Virus record (IMG/VR): IMGVR_UViG_3300035190_000328
Location: 1 to 53,058 of that record
Direction: 5' to 3' (one strand)
DNA length: 53,058 nucleotides
Origin: a virus
Lineage: Duplodnaviria > Caudoviricetes
This document shows, piece by piece, positions 7,935-16,829 of this stretch (position 1 is the stretch's first letter; each line of letters starts with the position of its first letter). The notes under the pieces were generated by a model that saw only the letters and a program-made list of their open reading frames with translations, ran no database searches and was not told the origin of the DNA. Position numbers and translations under genes: made by a program.

Positions 7935-8028
7935 AAAGCAAGCCAAGCTGAGAAATTATTTACTAACAAAAACAGTTACTGCACACTGTAGGTATTTAAC
8001 TGATTAGATGGTACTTGGCTTGCTTTTT
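7935..8028 (+). ncRNA. stem-closed structured element or terminator
   Basis: Perfect 13-bp stem AAAGCAAGCCAAG/CTTGGCTTGCTTT with inner stem CAGTTA/TAACTG. Confidence 0.45.
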
Positions 8029-8039
8029 ATATTATTATT

Positions 8040-8240
8040 ATGAACAAACTTACTAGGTATAAAAGACAATTACATAAAAAGTTACAAGTTCTATTAAATA
8101 GAGATTTAAAAGAAGTAACTACTGATGAAGATAAAGCTGAAATATATGGGCATTATAATTATGTTAAAAATACAATTAATATAATACAAAAAAAATCTAT
8201 AAAATATATTACAAACTTAGATGTTTGCAATGTAGATTAA
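8040..8240 (+). CDS. hypothetical protein
   Basis: 66 aa. Confidence 0.55.
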   Translation: MNKLTRYKRQLHKKLQVLLNRDLKEVTTDEDKAEIYGHYNYVKNTINIIQKKSIKYITNLDVCNVD

Positions 8241-8315
8241 AAACATCAAATTATTATTAGATTTAAGTAAATATGATACAGGTTAGATGTTCCTGTATTT
8301 TTTATATAAAAAATT

Positions 8316-8858
8316 ATGATTATAATAGCACTAAAAGCTAAAAATGGTGCAGGTAAAACTACTGTAGCTACCATGCTATCTAAGAAATTAGATGAAAAAG
8401 GTATTAGTAATAAAGTATTATCTTTTGCAGAACCTTTGAAGAAGATAGTAGATAAAGCATTTTTTCCTAAAAAATCTCCTCTTAATTGGGAGAATAGAGA
8501 TGAAAAAGAAGTTGGTAGAAATTTATTAGAAACTACTGCTGATGCTATAAAATCTAGTTTCAGCTTCAATCCTTTTGGACAACAAATGTTAAATCAATTA
8601 ACTATCTTTGATACTAATAATTTATATGATCCAAATAGTGTAGCTATTATATCAGATTTAAGATTTGAAGATGAGTATAGTGGATTACAAAATTGGTTAT
8701 CATCAGATGATGAATTATTTGTATTAGAAATACAAAATGTTTTAACTGATAACAACCCACCAGAGTATGATGAATTGTTGATAAAAGCAGACAAAACACT
8801 TATCTTTGGAAAAGATATTGAAGTACAATTGGATTCTCTTATTAAAGAGATACTTTAA
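8316..8858 (+). CDS. deoxynucleoside monophosphate kinase
   Basis: P-loop NGAGKTT plus SFAEPLK and ISDLRFEDE motifs of phage dNMP kinases. Confidence 0.85.
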   Translation: MIIIALKAKNGAGKTTVATMLSKKLDEKGISNKVLSFAEPLKKIVDKAFFPKKSPLNWENRDEKEVGRNLLETTADAIKSSFSFNPFGQQMLNQLTIFDTNNLYDPNSVAIISDLRFEDEYSGLQNWLSSDDELFVLEIQNVLTDNNPPEYDELLIKADKTLIFGKDIEVQLDSLIKEIL

Positions 8859-8872
8859 GTAATATAAGGTAA

Positions 8873-8945
8873 CTTCCTGTAGTTCAATTGGATAGAATAT
8901 GGGATTTCTAATCCTATGATAGAGGATCGTAGCCTCTCAGGAAGA
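8873..8945 (+). tRNA. tRNA-Arg (UCU)
   Basis: Acceptor CTTCCTG/CAGGAAG; anticodon arm TGGGA-TTTCTAA-TCCTA; T-arm AGAGG-ATCGTAG-CCTCT; no encoded CCA. Confidence 0.85.
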
Positions 8946-9093
8946 CTAATAATCAAAGAAAAACTGCAACACTAAGAATTTTATTTCTTACTAACTATAT
9001 CCAGTTTGTATTCTTTGAGCATTAAAACAGGGTGCATATTGACAGTTCTTTAACCTGTTTAATAATTCCTTATGTGAAACTGGAATTACCAAT

Positions 9094-9125
9094 AACTTCT
9101 ATAAGATGTACTATAGAAGTTTTTT
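9094..9125 (+). terminator. intrinsic terminator
   Basis: AACTTCTATA-AGATGTAC-TATAGAAGTTTTTT. Confidence 0.7.
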
Positions 9126-9137
9126 AATTTATGAATT

Positions 9138-9485
9138 ATGAATTTAAAAGAATATAAATACACTACTAAACATAAAAAAGGTATAACAGATTTAATTCCT
9201 ATTTATGCTTTTATAGGTAATTCTCAAGGAGATACTTCTGCTACTAATAGTGTAGAAGAATATAAAAATTCTAATGGTTGGTTATCTTATGCTTTTGATA
9301 AAAGTATTGATTGTAATGATCAGGAAGCTATAAATAAAGAAAGTTTAAGGAGACAAGAAGAAAATGAAATTACTATAAAAGAACTAAAAGATTCAGGAGA
9401 ATATGGTAAAGAATATGAAAGTACTATTACTATATTAATGAATAACAGACCATTCTTTGATAATCCTGAACTATTTAAAGAATAA
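9138..9485 (+). CDS. hypothetical protein
   Basis: 115 aa. Confidence 0.7.
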   Translation: MNLKEYKYTTKHKKGITDLIPIYAFIGNSQGDTSATNSVEEYKNSNGWLSYAFDKSIDCNDQEAINKESLRRQEENEITIKELKDSGEYGKEYESTITILMNNRPFFDNPELFKE

Positions 9486-9488
9486 GTT

Positions 9489-9680
9489 ATGAAATTACTA
9501 TTAATAATAACAGCTATTATATGTTACACTATAGTAAGAGGAGTATGGTTTCATTCTTTGAGTTTAAATTCTCAAGGATATAAAGCTGAAAGATACTTAT
9601 TGAAACATAAGAAAGAAGCTAAAAGATTAGTAATATTAGTAATATTATTAGGAATAGTAGTATTATATTTATTACTTTAA
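9489..9680 (+). CDS. small two-TM membrane protein
   Basis: Two hydrophobic segments around a basic loop. Confidence 0.65.
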   Translation: MKLLLIITAIICYTIVRGVWFHSLSLNSQGYKAERYLLKHKKEAKRLVILVILLGIVVLYLLL

Positions 9681-9707
9681 GCACAAACTATCTAAAACCA
9701 AGTAACA

Positions 9708-10013
9708 ATGAAAATACATTGCAACAACTACCAAGCACTTAAAGCCGATAACACCTTGTTAAAAGAAGTAAACGAAGCCCAGATATTTACTATTGAAAAG
9801 TATCAAGAGGAGAATGAAAGTTTAACCACCCAGTTAGCAAAAGCCAATTCCGATAAGGAGAAACTAGGGGGTTGTTTAAAAATAAGACTTGATGAACTGA
9901 CAGAGGTCATCGAGTTTAATAGAAACGGTAATTGCGAAGAAATACTACTGCTGCAATTGTCGGAGGCAAAGAAAATACAAAATTTACTAACCGATTGCGG
10001 AATAACCCTTTAA
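9708..10013 (+). CDS. hypothetical coiled-coil protein (island)
   Basis: 101 aa; CpG-richer DNA. Confidence 0.65.
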   Translation: MKIHCNNYQALKADNTLLKEVNEAQIFTIEKYQEENESLTTQLAKANSDKEKLGGCLKIRLDELTEVIEFNRNGNCEEILLLQLSEAKKIQNLLTDCGITL

Positions 10014-10023
10014 AACAAACACC

Positions 10024-10737
10024 ATGACACTAAGTAACGAAGATAAAGCCTTAATTAAGGAAACAAGCGATTTGCTTAACCAGCTAAAGCCGCTATTAAA
10101 CAAAGTAGACAAATTTATTACTAATGAATGTTATCAGCCTATTGATACAACAGAGGGTGAGCAAGGACAGGGCAAAGAGTGGAAACCTAAAGTTGGGGAG
10201 TGGTTTAAAAGCAAGTTTGGACATCTGTATTTGTGCGATAGATTAGAGAGCGGAGTAATATTTGGCGAAAACCAAAATGGAATACTTTATGCTATGGACT
10301 ATTGTTTTCCAACTACTAAACCATTGCCCGAAGAAATCCAAGCCCACTTAGTAGCCATAGCAGAGAATAAATATCCTGTTGGGGCTAAATATAAAAGAAT
10401 GGGTAGTTTAGAAATTATAGGCGAAATAAAAACCAATGAGTTTATCTATTTACCCGAAAAAAATGCACTAACTGAAAAAACTGGGTATACTGTTTGGAAA
10501 GATGGCAAATGGGCAGAGTTAGCACCAATTGAAACAGAGCAGAGGTGGAAGCCAAAATATGATGATAGATATTGGTTTGTAACAATAGCGGGTGATGTTA
10601 TAGTAGCAAGCTACCCCTGCAAAGATACAGCCTTAGACAAAAAGTATTATAACTCTGGCAACTGCTTTGAAACAAAAGAAGCCGCCCAAAAAGCAGCCGA
10701 AGCCATTAAGCAATATTTAAGTACTAACAAGTTTTAA
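10024..10737 (+). CDS. modular hypothetical protein (island)
   Basis: WKPK.G modules, YPVG...GKWAE module and C-terminal GNCFETKEAA. Confidence 0.75.
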   Translation: MTLSNEDKALIKETSDLLNQLKPLLNKVDKFITNECYQPIDTTEGEQGQGKEWKPKVGEWFKSKFGHLYLCDRLESGVIFGENQNGILYAMDYCFPTTKPLPEEIQAHLVAIAENKYPVGAKYKRMGSLEIIGEIKTNEFIYLPEKNALTEKTGYTVWKDGKWAELAPIETEQRWKPKYDDRYWFVTIAGDVIVASYPCKDTALDKKYYNSGNCFETKEAAQKAAEAIKQYLSTNKF

Positions 10738-10760
10738 ACAAAGTAATTTAAAATAGAAAG

Positions 10761-11000
10761 ATGAAAATATTAAACAAAACAGAACAGATAAACAAACGCT
10801 GCGAAGAAATAGAAGAAATTATTCAAATAGCTATAAAAGAACGAGGAGAAATTTTTAGGCAATGCCACTCTGAAAAAAACAAATTGTTCAAAAACCAAAA
10901 AGTAATTAATTACTTATCAGACAAGCAAGAAAGTATGCAAAAGGTTGTAAATGCTCTTGTTTCTTATAAAAATGAGCTAAAAGAGCAAATAACAGACTAA
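10761..11000 (+). CDS. hypothetical protein (island)
   Basis: 79 aa, helical. Confidence 0.65.
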   Translation: MKILNKTEQINKRCEEIEEIIQIAIKERGEIFRQCHSEKNKLFKNQKVINYLSDKQESMQKVVNALVSYKNELKEQITD

Positions 11001-11025
11001 CCCACCTAAACAAAGCATAAACAAC

Positions 11026-11274
11026 ATGGGAAACCCATTATTAGAAGTACTCACAACATCTCCAAACAGAGTGTATGATGTTACAGATAATTACCTAAGA
11101 AATGTAGCTATTGAAGATTTTAAAGCCCACATCTTAGACCTGTTAGAAAGGCAAAGAGAGAAATGCCACGAAAACGCATTTATTGTTAATGAAGGTACTT
11201 ATGGTTCTGACGGACAAAGTATGGAATACTATGTTGTTGACAGAGATAGCATACTTAATGCCAAATTATTTTAA
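11026..11274 (+). CDS. hypothetical protein (island)
   Basis: 82 aa ending DRDSILNAKLF. Confidence 0.65.
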   Translation: MGNPLLEVLTTSPNRVYDVTDNYLRNVAIEDFKAHILDLLERQREKCHENAFIVNEGTYGSDGQSMEYYVVDRDSILNAKLF

Positions 11275-11292
11275 CCACCAAATCTAACTAAC

Positions 11293-11577
11293 ATGGAAAC
11301 AGCGTTACAGGAATTGATAAAAGAATTGACTATTGAATTACGAAGCAAGTACGATTATCTTCTTCTTACTATAACAAGCAGGGAAGAACACAAAACACAC
11401 GGCGAGATTTTTGCTTTAAATGCGGCTATAATTTCAGCTAAGGCCAAACTCCCCAAAGAGCGTGAGCAGATGAAAAAAGCAAGGGAAAACGGATTTGTTA
11501 ACGGTGTATCGCATGAAAGACACAACTATGTATTTCAAGATTTTGAACAATATTACGAAACCAACTTTAACAAATAA
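11293..11577 (+). CDS. hypothetical protein (island)
   Basis: TALQELI...EQYYETNF. Confidence 0.65.
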   Translation: METALQELIKELTIELRSKYDYLLLTITSREEHKTHGEIFALNAAIISAKAKLPKEREQMKKARENGFVNGVSHERHNYVFQDFEQYYETNFNK

Positions 11578-11581
11578 GGAG

Positions 11582-11782
11582 ATGAAACTAACAGAAATAA
11601 TACTAACTGCTATTGTATTTGTAATTTATGCATGGTGTATAAGACCATTAGCTAATAGGGGCAAAAAAATAAAACCCACATACATATTTCCTATAATTAT
11701 ATACCTAATTTGCCTACCTGTTATTGTAATATACAGAACAGTTTATGCTATAATAGAAGCTAATTTTAAACCATTAGATTAA
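11582..11782 (+). CDS. small membrane protein
   Basis: The in-frame ATG at 11582 avoids overlap; two hydrophobic segments. Confidence 0.6.
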   Translation: MKLTEIILTAIVFVIYAWCIRPLANRGKKIKPTYIFPIIIYLICLPVIVIYRTVYAIIEANFKPLD

Positions 11783-11784
11783 CA

Positions 11785-12033
11785 ATGCAAGCAATAGAAC
11801 TAATAGATATAATAGCCCCTGAACACAGCAGAACAAGTTGTTCAGATGATAACCTATCTAATGGGTTTTACCACAAGTCTGGTAATGAATGGGAAGAGGG
11901 ATATACGGTAATTAGCAATGAGTATTATTACAGATGTAGTAGGTGCGCTCTGTTGGAATTAGCCAATGGTAGAAGTATTGATACTGATAAGGTAATAGAC
12001 GGGATTAGTATAGATATGATTATAAAACAATGA
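11785..12033 (+). CDS. putative zinc-binding protein
   Basis: PEHSRTSC...RCSRC. Confidence 0.6.
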   Translation: MQAIELIDIIAPEHSRTSCSDDNLSNGFYHKSGNEWEEGYTVISNEYYYRCSRCALLELANGRSIDTDKVIDGISIDMIIKQ

Positions 12034-12061
12034 AAATACTACTACTAGGTGCTTGTATATT

Positions 12062-12069
12062 TATATTTG
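12062..12069 (+). promoter_or_regulatory. Bacteroidota-type -7 promoter element
   Basis: TATATTTG matches TAnnTTTG; intergenic, upstream of the replication block. Confidence 0.5.
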
Positions 12070-12109
12070 TAGTATTACCTACAATATTAATAATCTTAAA
12101 AGAAGAAAA

Positions 12110-12289
12110 ATGATAGAGAAAACAACTGAAGAAATACTTAATGCTGTTAAGGAATTAATTGCACATGATAGTACTATAAGTAGTTTAAAAGTACTTATTG
12201 AGAAGAAATTAGAAGATGTTTATGATGCAGGACAATTATCTGGATATAAAGATGGGCAAGACAGTCTTAAAAGTAGTTTAAGGGGATAA
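12110..12289 (+). CDS. hypothetical protein
   Basis: In-frame ATG at 12110 after an A-rich leader. Confidence 0.6.
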   Translation: MIEKTTEEILNAVKELIAHDSTISSLKVLIEKKLEDVYDAGQLSGYKDGQDSLKSSLRG

Positions 12290-12291
12290 TA

Positions 12292-12561
12292 ATGAATAAA
12301 GCAAGAGAAAGAAATTGGTCTAAAGCTAGAGTATCTGGATTAACATTCAATATGTCTAGCTTTACTCCTTCTGAATTATTAATTGTAAGGCAAATACAAG
12401 GCCTTAGAAAGACTTTATTGGAACATTGGGATAAGAATACTGAAGAACATCTTGGAATCAAATTAAAGCCCTTACAATGCGAATGGTGTAGAAAAAGGTT
12501 TAATGGGGAACCATTAGAAGAAGGAAAAAAGTATTACTGTAATAAATGTTTAAAGTTATGA
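12292..12561 (+). CDS. zinc-finger protein
   Basis: CEWC...CNKC. Confidence 0.7.
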   Translation: MNKARERNWSKARVSGLTFNMSSFTPSELLIVRQIQGLRKTLLEHWDKNTEEHLGIKLKPLQCEWCRKRFNGEPLEEGKKYYCNKCLKL

Positions 12562-12758
12562 TAGAAAGAACAATAATTGTAATAGTCAGTATAGCTGCTA
12601 TTATATTTGTACCTTATTGGATAGGTAGGTTTGTAATGCGGTCTTGGTTTGCTACTGATGATGCTATATTATCTTGGTCAGCAGGGGCTATAATAGTAGT
12701 CATTTTAGGAACTTTTCTTGCTGCTGCTATACCTTATATAATAAATGGAAGTGTATGA
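12546..12758 (+). CDS. small two-TM membrane protein
   Basis: Hydrophobic; its stop overlaps the PolA start (ATGA). Confidence 0.6.
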   Translation: MFKVMIERTIIVIVSIAAIIFVPYWIGRFVMRSWFATDDAILSWSAGAIIVVILGTFLAAAIPYIINGSV

Positions 12759-14719
12759 TATACTTATTAGGAAATGAAGAATTGTTTTCTAATGAAGATT
12801 ATAAAGTGTGTAAAATAGAAGATGTATTCAGCTATTTTAAAGATAAGCATGAAATCTTCTTAGATACAGAGACTATGGGCTTTGACCCCTTTACTAAAAG
12901 GTTGTTGACACTTCAATTAGGAGATTTTGATAATCAATTTGTAATAGATGTAGAGTATTATAAACCAGAGTTATTTAAAGAACTTATAGAAAGTAAATTA
13001 ATTTTAGGACAAAACTTAAAGTTTGACTTAAGGTTTTTATATTATCATGGTATATTTCCTAAAATAGTTTATGATACCTATTTGGCGGAAAGAGTAATTA
13101 CACTTGGAGATAAATTTGCCAAGAAAAATCTAGGAGCTTTAGGTGAGAAATATGCACATACAAATGATATTGATAAATCTCAAAGAGGGTTAATACATAG
13201 AGAAGGGCTAACAGCTAGGGTAATTAAGTATTGTGCTATGGACTGTAAATACCTTGGTATTATCAGAGATAAACAAATAGAACAATTATACGAAAAGAAA
13301 GAATATATAGACTGTTACCTTCAAAATCTATTTGTCAGAGTTTTGGCTTATATTGAGTATTCTGGTATAAAACTAGATTCTGATAAATGGCTAGAGAAGT
13401 GTAAAAAGGATAAAGAGCATTATAATAAATGTGTAGAAGCTTTAAATACTTTTTTAATACAGAATAATATTACTAAGTTTATAGATAACCAATTAAGTTT
13501 GTTTGATGAAAATGTAAATACAAGAATTAATTGGGCTTCTTCTAAACAAGTAATAGAGCTTTTTGAGCATCTTGGAATGAATGTAACTATTGTAGACCAA
13601 GGAGTAAGTAAAAAGTCTGTTGAAGATGGAGTGGTAGCTAAATTAAATCACCCTATAATACCTTTGTACAGAGAATATAGTAAAGCTGCTAAACTTATAA
13701 GTACTTATGGTGAAACTGTTCTGAAACACATAAACAAAGCAACTGGTAGGATACATACTAACTTTAACCAGATAATGGATACAGGTAGATTATCTTCAGG
13801 AGGTAAAAATAAAGATAATGGAGCAGAATATATTAATTTACAAAACATACCAAGTGACCCATTTACTAGAAGTTGTTTCATTGCTGAAAAAGGTAATACA
13901 TTAATTATAAGTGACTATAGTGGACAAGAGCAAATTATTTTAGCTAATAAATGTTTAGATGCTAATATTCTTAAGTTCTATGATGAAGGGCTGGCTGATA
14001 TGCATTCTTTCGTGGCTTCAAAGATGTATCCTGAATTAGAGGGATTAACTTTAGACGAGGTAAAGGAAAAACATAAGAAGAAAAGACAATTTGCTAAATC
14101 TGCGGGATTTGCCATTAATTACGGGGGTACAGGTATAACTATAGCAGAAAACCTTAATATACCTAAAGAAGATGGGGATAAAATATATGATTCTTACTTT
14201 AAAGCATTTCCTGGATTAAGAGCTTACTTTGATAGAGTAAAGAAAGAATCTATTGATAGGGGCTATATCTTAATATCACAAGAAACAGGATTAAAGTATT
14301 ATTTTCCTACAGCTCAATATGAAGAGTATTCTCAGATAAAACAACAACTAACAAGGGAATTTTGGGAGCAATACAGGGCAAACAAAACAGCAGATAAAGT
14401 AGAAAAAGTTAAAAAGTACTTTAGGCTAAAAGGAGACTTTGAAAGAAAGTCTTTGAATTATCCTGTACAGGGACTAGGAGCTACTATTACTAAGTTAAGT
14501 TGTGTGTATATATTTGAGTATATAGAAAAGAACAATCTTTTTAATACTGTTAAATTTGTTAATACAGTACATGATGAGAATGTTTTAGAAGTTCCTTTAG
14601 AATTAGCAGAGCAAATGTCTAAAGTAGTAGAAGAATCTATGAATAGGGCTGCTGATGTATTTTGTAAAAGAGTAAAATTAACTGCAACACCTGAACTTTC
14701 TGTATTTTGGTGTAAATAA
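12755..14719 (+). CDS. polA: DNA polymerase family A with 3'-5' exonuclease
   Basis: Exonuclease motifs DTET, NLKFD and YCAMD; polymerase motifs TGRLSS, NLQNIP, SDYSGQE, KSAGFAINYG, NYPVQG and VHDE; start probably 12755. Confidence 0.95.
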   Translation: MIYLLGNEELFSNEDYKVCKIEDVFSYFKDKHEIFLDTETMGFDPFTKRLLTLQLGDFDNQFVIDVEYYKPELFKELIESKLILGQNLKFDLRFLYYHGIFPKIVYDTYLAERVITLGDKFAKKNLGALGEKYAHTNDIDKSQRGLIHREGLTARVIKYCAMDCKYLGIIRDKQIEQLYEKKEYIDCYLQNLFVRVLAYIEYSGIKLDSDKWLEKCKKDKEHYNKCVEALNTFLIQNNITKFIDNQLSLFDENVNTRINWASSKQVIELFEHLGMNVTIVDQGVSKKSVEDGVVAKLNHPIIPLYREYSKAAKLISTYGETVLKHINKATGRIHTNFNQIMDTGRLSSGGKNKDNGAEYINLQNIPSDPFTRSCFIAEKGNTLIISDYSGQEQIILANKCLDANILKFYDEGLADMHSFVASKMYPELEGLTLDEVKEKHKKKRQFAKSAGFAINYGGTGITIAENLNIPKEDGDKIYDSYFKAFPGLRAYFDRVKKESIDRGYILISQETGLKYYFPTAQYEEYSQIKQQLTREFWEQYRANKTADKVEKVKKYFRLKGDFERKSLNYPVQGLGATITKLSCVYIFEYIEKNNLFNTVKFVNTVHDENVLEVPLELAEQMSKVVEESMNRAADVFCKRVKLTATPELSVFWCK

Positions 14720-14725
14720 CTAAAC

Positions 14726-14926
14726 ATGAGTACAATAAAAGACAACCAACCTCTTTGTGAAATACTTAAACAGAGAGATGAAAAACAACCTGATTTAATA
14801 TTATTTAAAAAAACTGTAAATGATGAAGGTAAAACTATTTTAAATAGAACTGATAATCTCTTAGAAGCAACCTCAGCAATTTATAAGTATAAAGATAAAC
14901 AAGAATTAATATTTGAAGAAAAATAA
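14726..14926 (+). CDS. hypothetical protein
   Basis: 66 aa, tightly packed. Confidence 0.6.
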   Translation: MSTIKDNQPLCEILKQRDEKQPDLILFKKTVNDEGKTILNRTDNLLEATSAIYKYKDKQELIFEEK

Positions 14927-14928
14927 TA

Positions 14929-15996
14929 ATGACTAAAAGAGAGGAAATACAAAATCAAGCTGCTTCTATAGTATTAAAGAATAATTTTAATGGGATTTTG
15001 CTTGATATTTGTCCACGTCTAGGAAAAACTCTCTGTTTTATTAAAGCTATAGCTAATCTACAAAATCTTAAAATTCTTATATTAGTTCCCGAAATAGATT
15101 TTAAAGATACTTGGAATGCAGAATTTAAAAAATGGAATTATACAGGCATAACAGAGGTTGAATGTTTTGCATCTTTAGATAAAGTAAAAGATAATTATTA
15201 TGATATAGTTTGGGTAGATGAGGTGCATTTATTATCCTTTGCTAAAATATGTATCTTGGCGCAAATGAGATATAAAAATCTTATAAAATCTCTTGGTGGA
15301 ATGTCAGGAAGTATTTCTAATAAAAATAAGAAAGACTTAAAACAATATCTAAAATTAGAAGTAGCTTATACTTACAGTATACGTCAAGGAATAAAAGATG
15401 GTATCATAGCAGACTACAGAATTATCTTATGCCCAGTTAAACTATTAAAATCAGAAAAAGAAAAATATGATAAAGTAACTAAGGAATTTGAAGATTTAAA
15501 AGAACAAGCTTTAAAGAACCCTAGATTAAATCATATTAAGAAGTTAGTAGCTGGTAAGAGGGCAAGAATGTTATATGGCTTTAAATCAAAGATAAATGCT
15601 GTTAAAAAGCTAGTAGATAAACAAGAAAGATGTATGGTTTTTACTTGTTTAACAGAAGTAGCTGAAAGTATATCTGATGCTCATCATGGTAGTAATAAGA
15701 AATTAAATAATTTAGAATTATTTAAACAAGGTACTATCAATAAATTAGCTGTAGCTAAATTAGCTAATGCTGGAGTAACTATACCTAATCTTAAAGTAGG
15801 TATTATACATCAATTACAATCTAATGAAAATACAGCTATTCAAAGGATTTTAAGAATGTGTAACCTTGATGGAAATCAAACAGCTTATATTTATATTTTT
15901 TATTATGAGGAGACTGTAGATTTTGATTGGGTTTCTTCAGGAATTAGTTGGGCAGAGCCTAGTAAGATTGGTTATTTAAAAGATTGTAAATTATGA
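14929..15996 (+). CDS. superfamily 2 helicase
   Basis: PRLGKT, DEVH, MSGS, AGVTIP and QRILR motifs. Confidence 0.85.
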   Translation: MTKREEIQNQAASIVLKNNFNGILLDICPRLGKTLCFIKAIANLQNLKILILVPEIDFKDTWNAEFKKWNYTGITEVECFASLDKVKDNYYDIVWVDEVHLLSFAKICILAQMRYKNLIKSLGGMSGSISNKNKKDLKQYLKLEVAYTYSIRQGIKDGIIADYRIILCPVKLLKSEKEKYDKVTKEFEDLKEQALKNPRLNHIKKLVAGKRARMLYGFKSKINAVKKLVDKQERCMVFTCLTEVAESISDAHHGSNKKLNNLELFKQGTINKLAVAKLANAGVTIPNLKVGIIHQLQSNENTAIQRILRMCNLDGNQTAYIYIFYYEETVDFDWVSSGISWAEPSKIGYLKDCKL

Positions 15997-16190
15997 AAGA
16001 TTTTAATCTAAACAAAGCAATCCAAGAAATCAAAGCTAAATATGATAATAGATTATTAGGCAATCCTATTAATTTACAGAAAGTTATAGAATTTGAATAT
16101 CAAATAACAATAGAATTAGAAGAATTAGAGAAACTATATCAAAGAGATGAAGATTATGAGAAAGAAACTAGAAGAATAGAGTATGAATGA
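15993..16190 (+). CDS. hypothetical protein
   Basis: 65 aa, overlapping stop/start. Confidence 0.55.
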   Translation: MKDFNLNKAIQEIKAKYDNRLLGNPINLQKVIEFEYQITIELEELEKLYQRDEDYEKETRRIEYE

Positions 16191-16404
16191 AACTAAAAAT
16201 TTATTGATATTATGCTTGGTAGGTATAATATTTATTGCTATCTTTATAGTCCAGCAAAACTATAAATTTAGAATCCAATGGAATAAGATAGCCAATAGGT
16301 ATAATCTTATATGGGAAGAATATACTATAAATCAAGAGTATAAACAAAAGACAGTTAGATTAGGAAAAGTATTTAATATATTCAGATGGAACTTCCAAAA
16401 ATAA
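16183..16404 (+). CDS. small single-TM protein
   Basis: N-terminal hydrophobic helix. Confidence 0.55.
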   Translation: MNETKNLLILCLVGIIFIAIFIVQQNYKFRIQWNKIANRYNLIWEEYTINQEYKQKTVRLGKVFNIFRWNFQK

Positions 16405-16829
16405 TAGAACATCTTAATCAATGGCAAACAGAAGGTTTAATTAAGATAACTAACTATGAAAATCTTACTATATCATTAAGACCTAAATTAAAAAAAGAAA
16501 TAACAACAGAAATAGATGAGTGGATTGTAGAATGGTCTAAATTATGGAATGGTAAGAAATCTAATGGTTATTATTTAGCTAACCCACCTAAAGATAATGC
16601 TGAAAAGATGAAAGCTTATATGAAGGATCATCCTGATCATACAACAGATATTATAATGCAAGCAACTAAGAATTATCTTAATGAGAAAGCTAAAGAAGGT
16701 TATGCTTATACTAAAAAGAGTAATCTGTTTATCCATACTCAAGGACAAAGTTCTACATTATATGCTTATTGTTTAGCTGTTATTAATGGCGATGTTCAAG
16801 AATCTAAAGAAAGAGTTAAAGCAATATGA
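16386..16829 (+). CDS. putative helicase loader or replication protein
   Basis: Helical domain with IMQATKNY...FI pattern, coupled to the DnaB-like gene. Confidence 0.5.
   Translation: MELPKIIEHLNQWQTEGLIKITNYENLTISLRPKLKKEITTEIDEWIVEWSKLWNGKKSNGYYLANPPKDNAEKMKAYMKDHPDHTTDIIMQATKNYLNEKAKEGYAYTKKSNLFIHTQGQSSTLYAYCLAVINGDVQESKERVKAI

Noticed and set aside
7947-7960. TPP riboswitch (GCTGAGA)
   Set aside because: The other conserved elements, such as the CCCU and GAUAAU...GCG.AGG segments, are missing.
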